Shown: one piece after another, positions 37,148 through 37,314 of the stretch | Layout of the letters: every line of letters begins with the position of its first letter | How positions within the stretch are numbered: the first letter of the stretch is position 1 | Assembly (NCBI RefSeq): GCF_000150275.1 | Contig: NW_002060961.1 | Location: 957,957 to 995,270, forward strand | DNA: 37,314 nucleotides | From: Trichoplax adhaerens | Lineage: Eukaryota > Animalia > Placozoa | Direction of reading: 5' to 3' | Program-made: the position numbers and the translations under genes | Notes under the pieces: generated by a model | Seen by the model: only the letters and a program-made list of their open reading frames with translations | The model's database searches: none | Told to the model about the DNA's origin: nothing

Positions 37148-37314
37148 TGGACATTAAGAAATACATGTATCGTCAATAGTAGTTTCATGTTTGACAACTA
37201 CTTTATCAGGCCATTAATATCGTATCAGAAATATCAGTGTTTCTTACAAATTTGGGAATATCATGTGGCTTATCATATTAATATCAACAACGATAAACGA
37301 AATCAGTCACGATG

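Overview
AT-rich, intron-dense animal DNA with short introns. The style suggests a compact early-branching metazoan such as the placozoan Trichoplax, which is my inference only. I built the gene models by hand from GT/AG boundaries and recognised protein motifs. In order: a GTAC-rich block; a two-spacer tandem repeat running into an N gap; Polycomb EED (+, 5' end not found); CMSS1 (-) head-to-head with MYCBP (+); a tandem pair of intronless extended-SDR (DFR/aldehyde-reductase-like) genes; and two tandem SMC6 paralogues on the - strand. One SMC6 is complete and divergent (about 1,170 aa). The other is canonical and only its 3' half lies in the window. Main points of interest: (1) the divergent SMC6 keeps all ATPase motifs, matches the canonical copy's exon structure, and may begin with a PIP-box-like MPSYATDIRGFF peptide; (2) tandem duplicates of splice acceptors sit inside both SMC6 genes; (3) the SDR pair is homogenised except at a putative substrate loop; (4) the satellite has two alternative spacers, one of which can close an 18-bp hairpin. 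Most short ORFs in the supplied track are off-frame or antisense shadows of these spliced genes.
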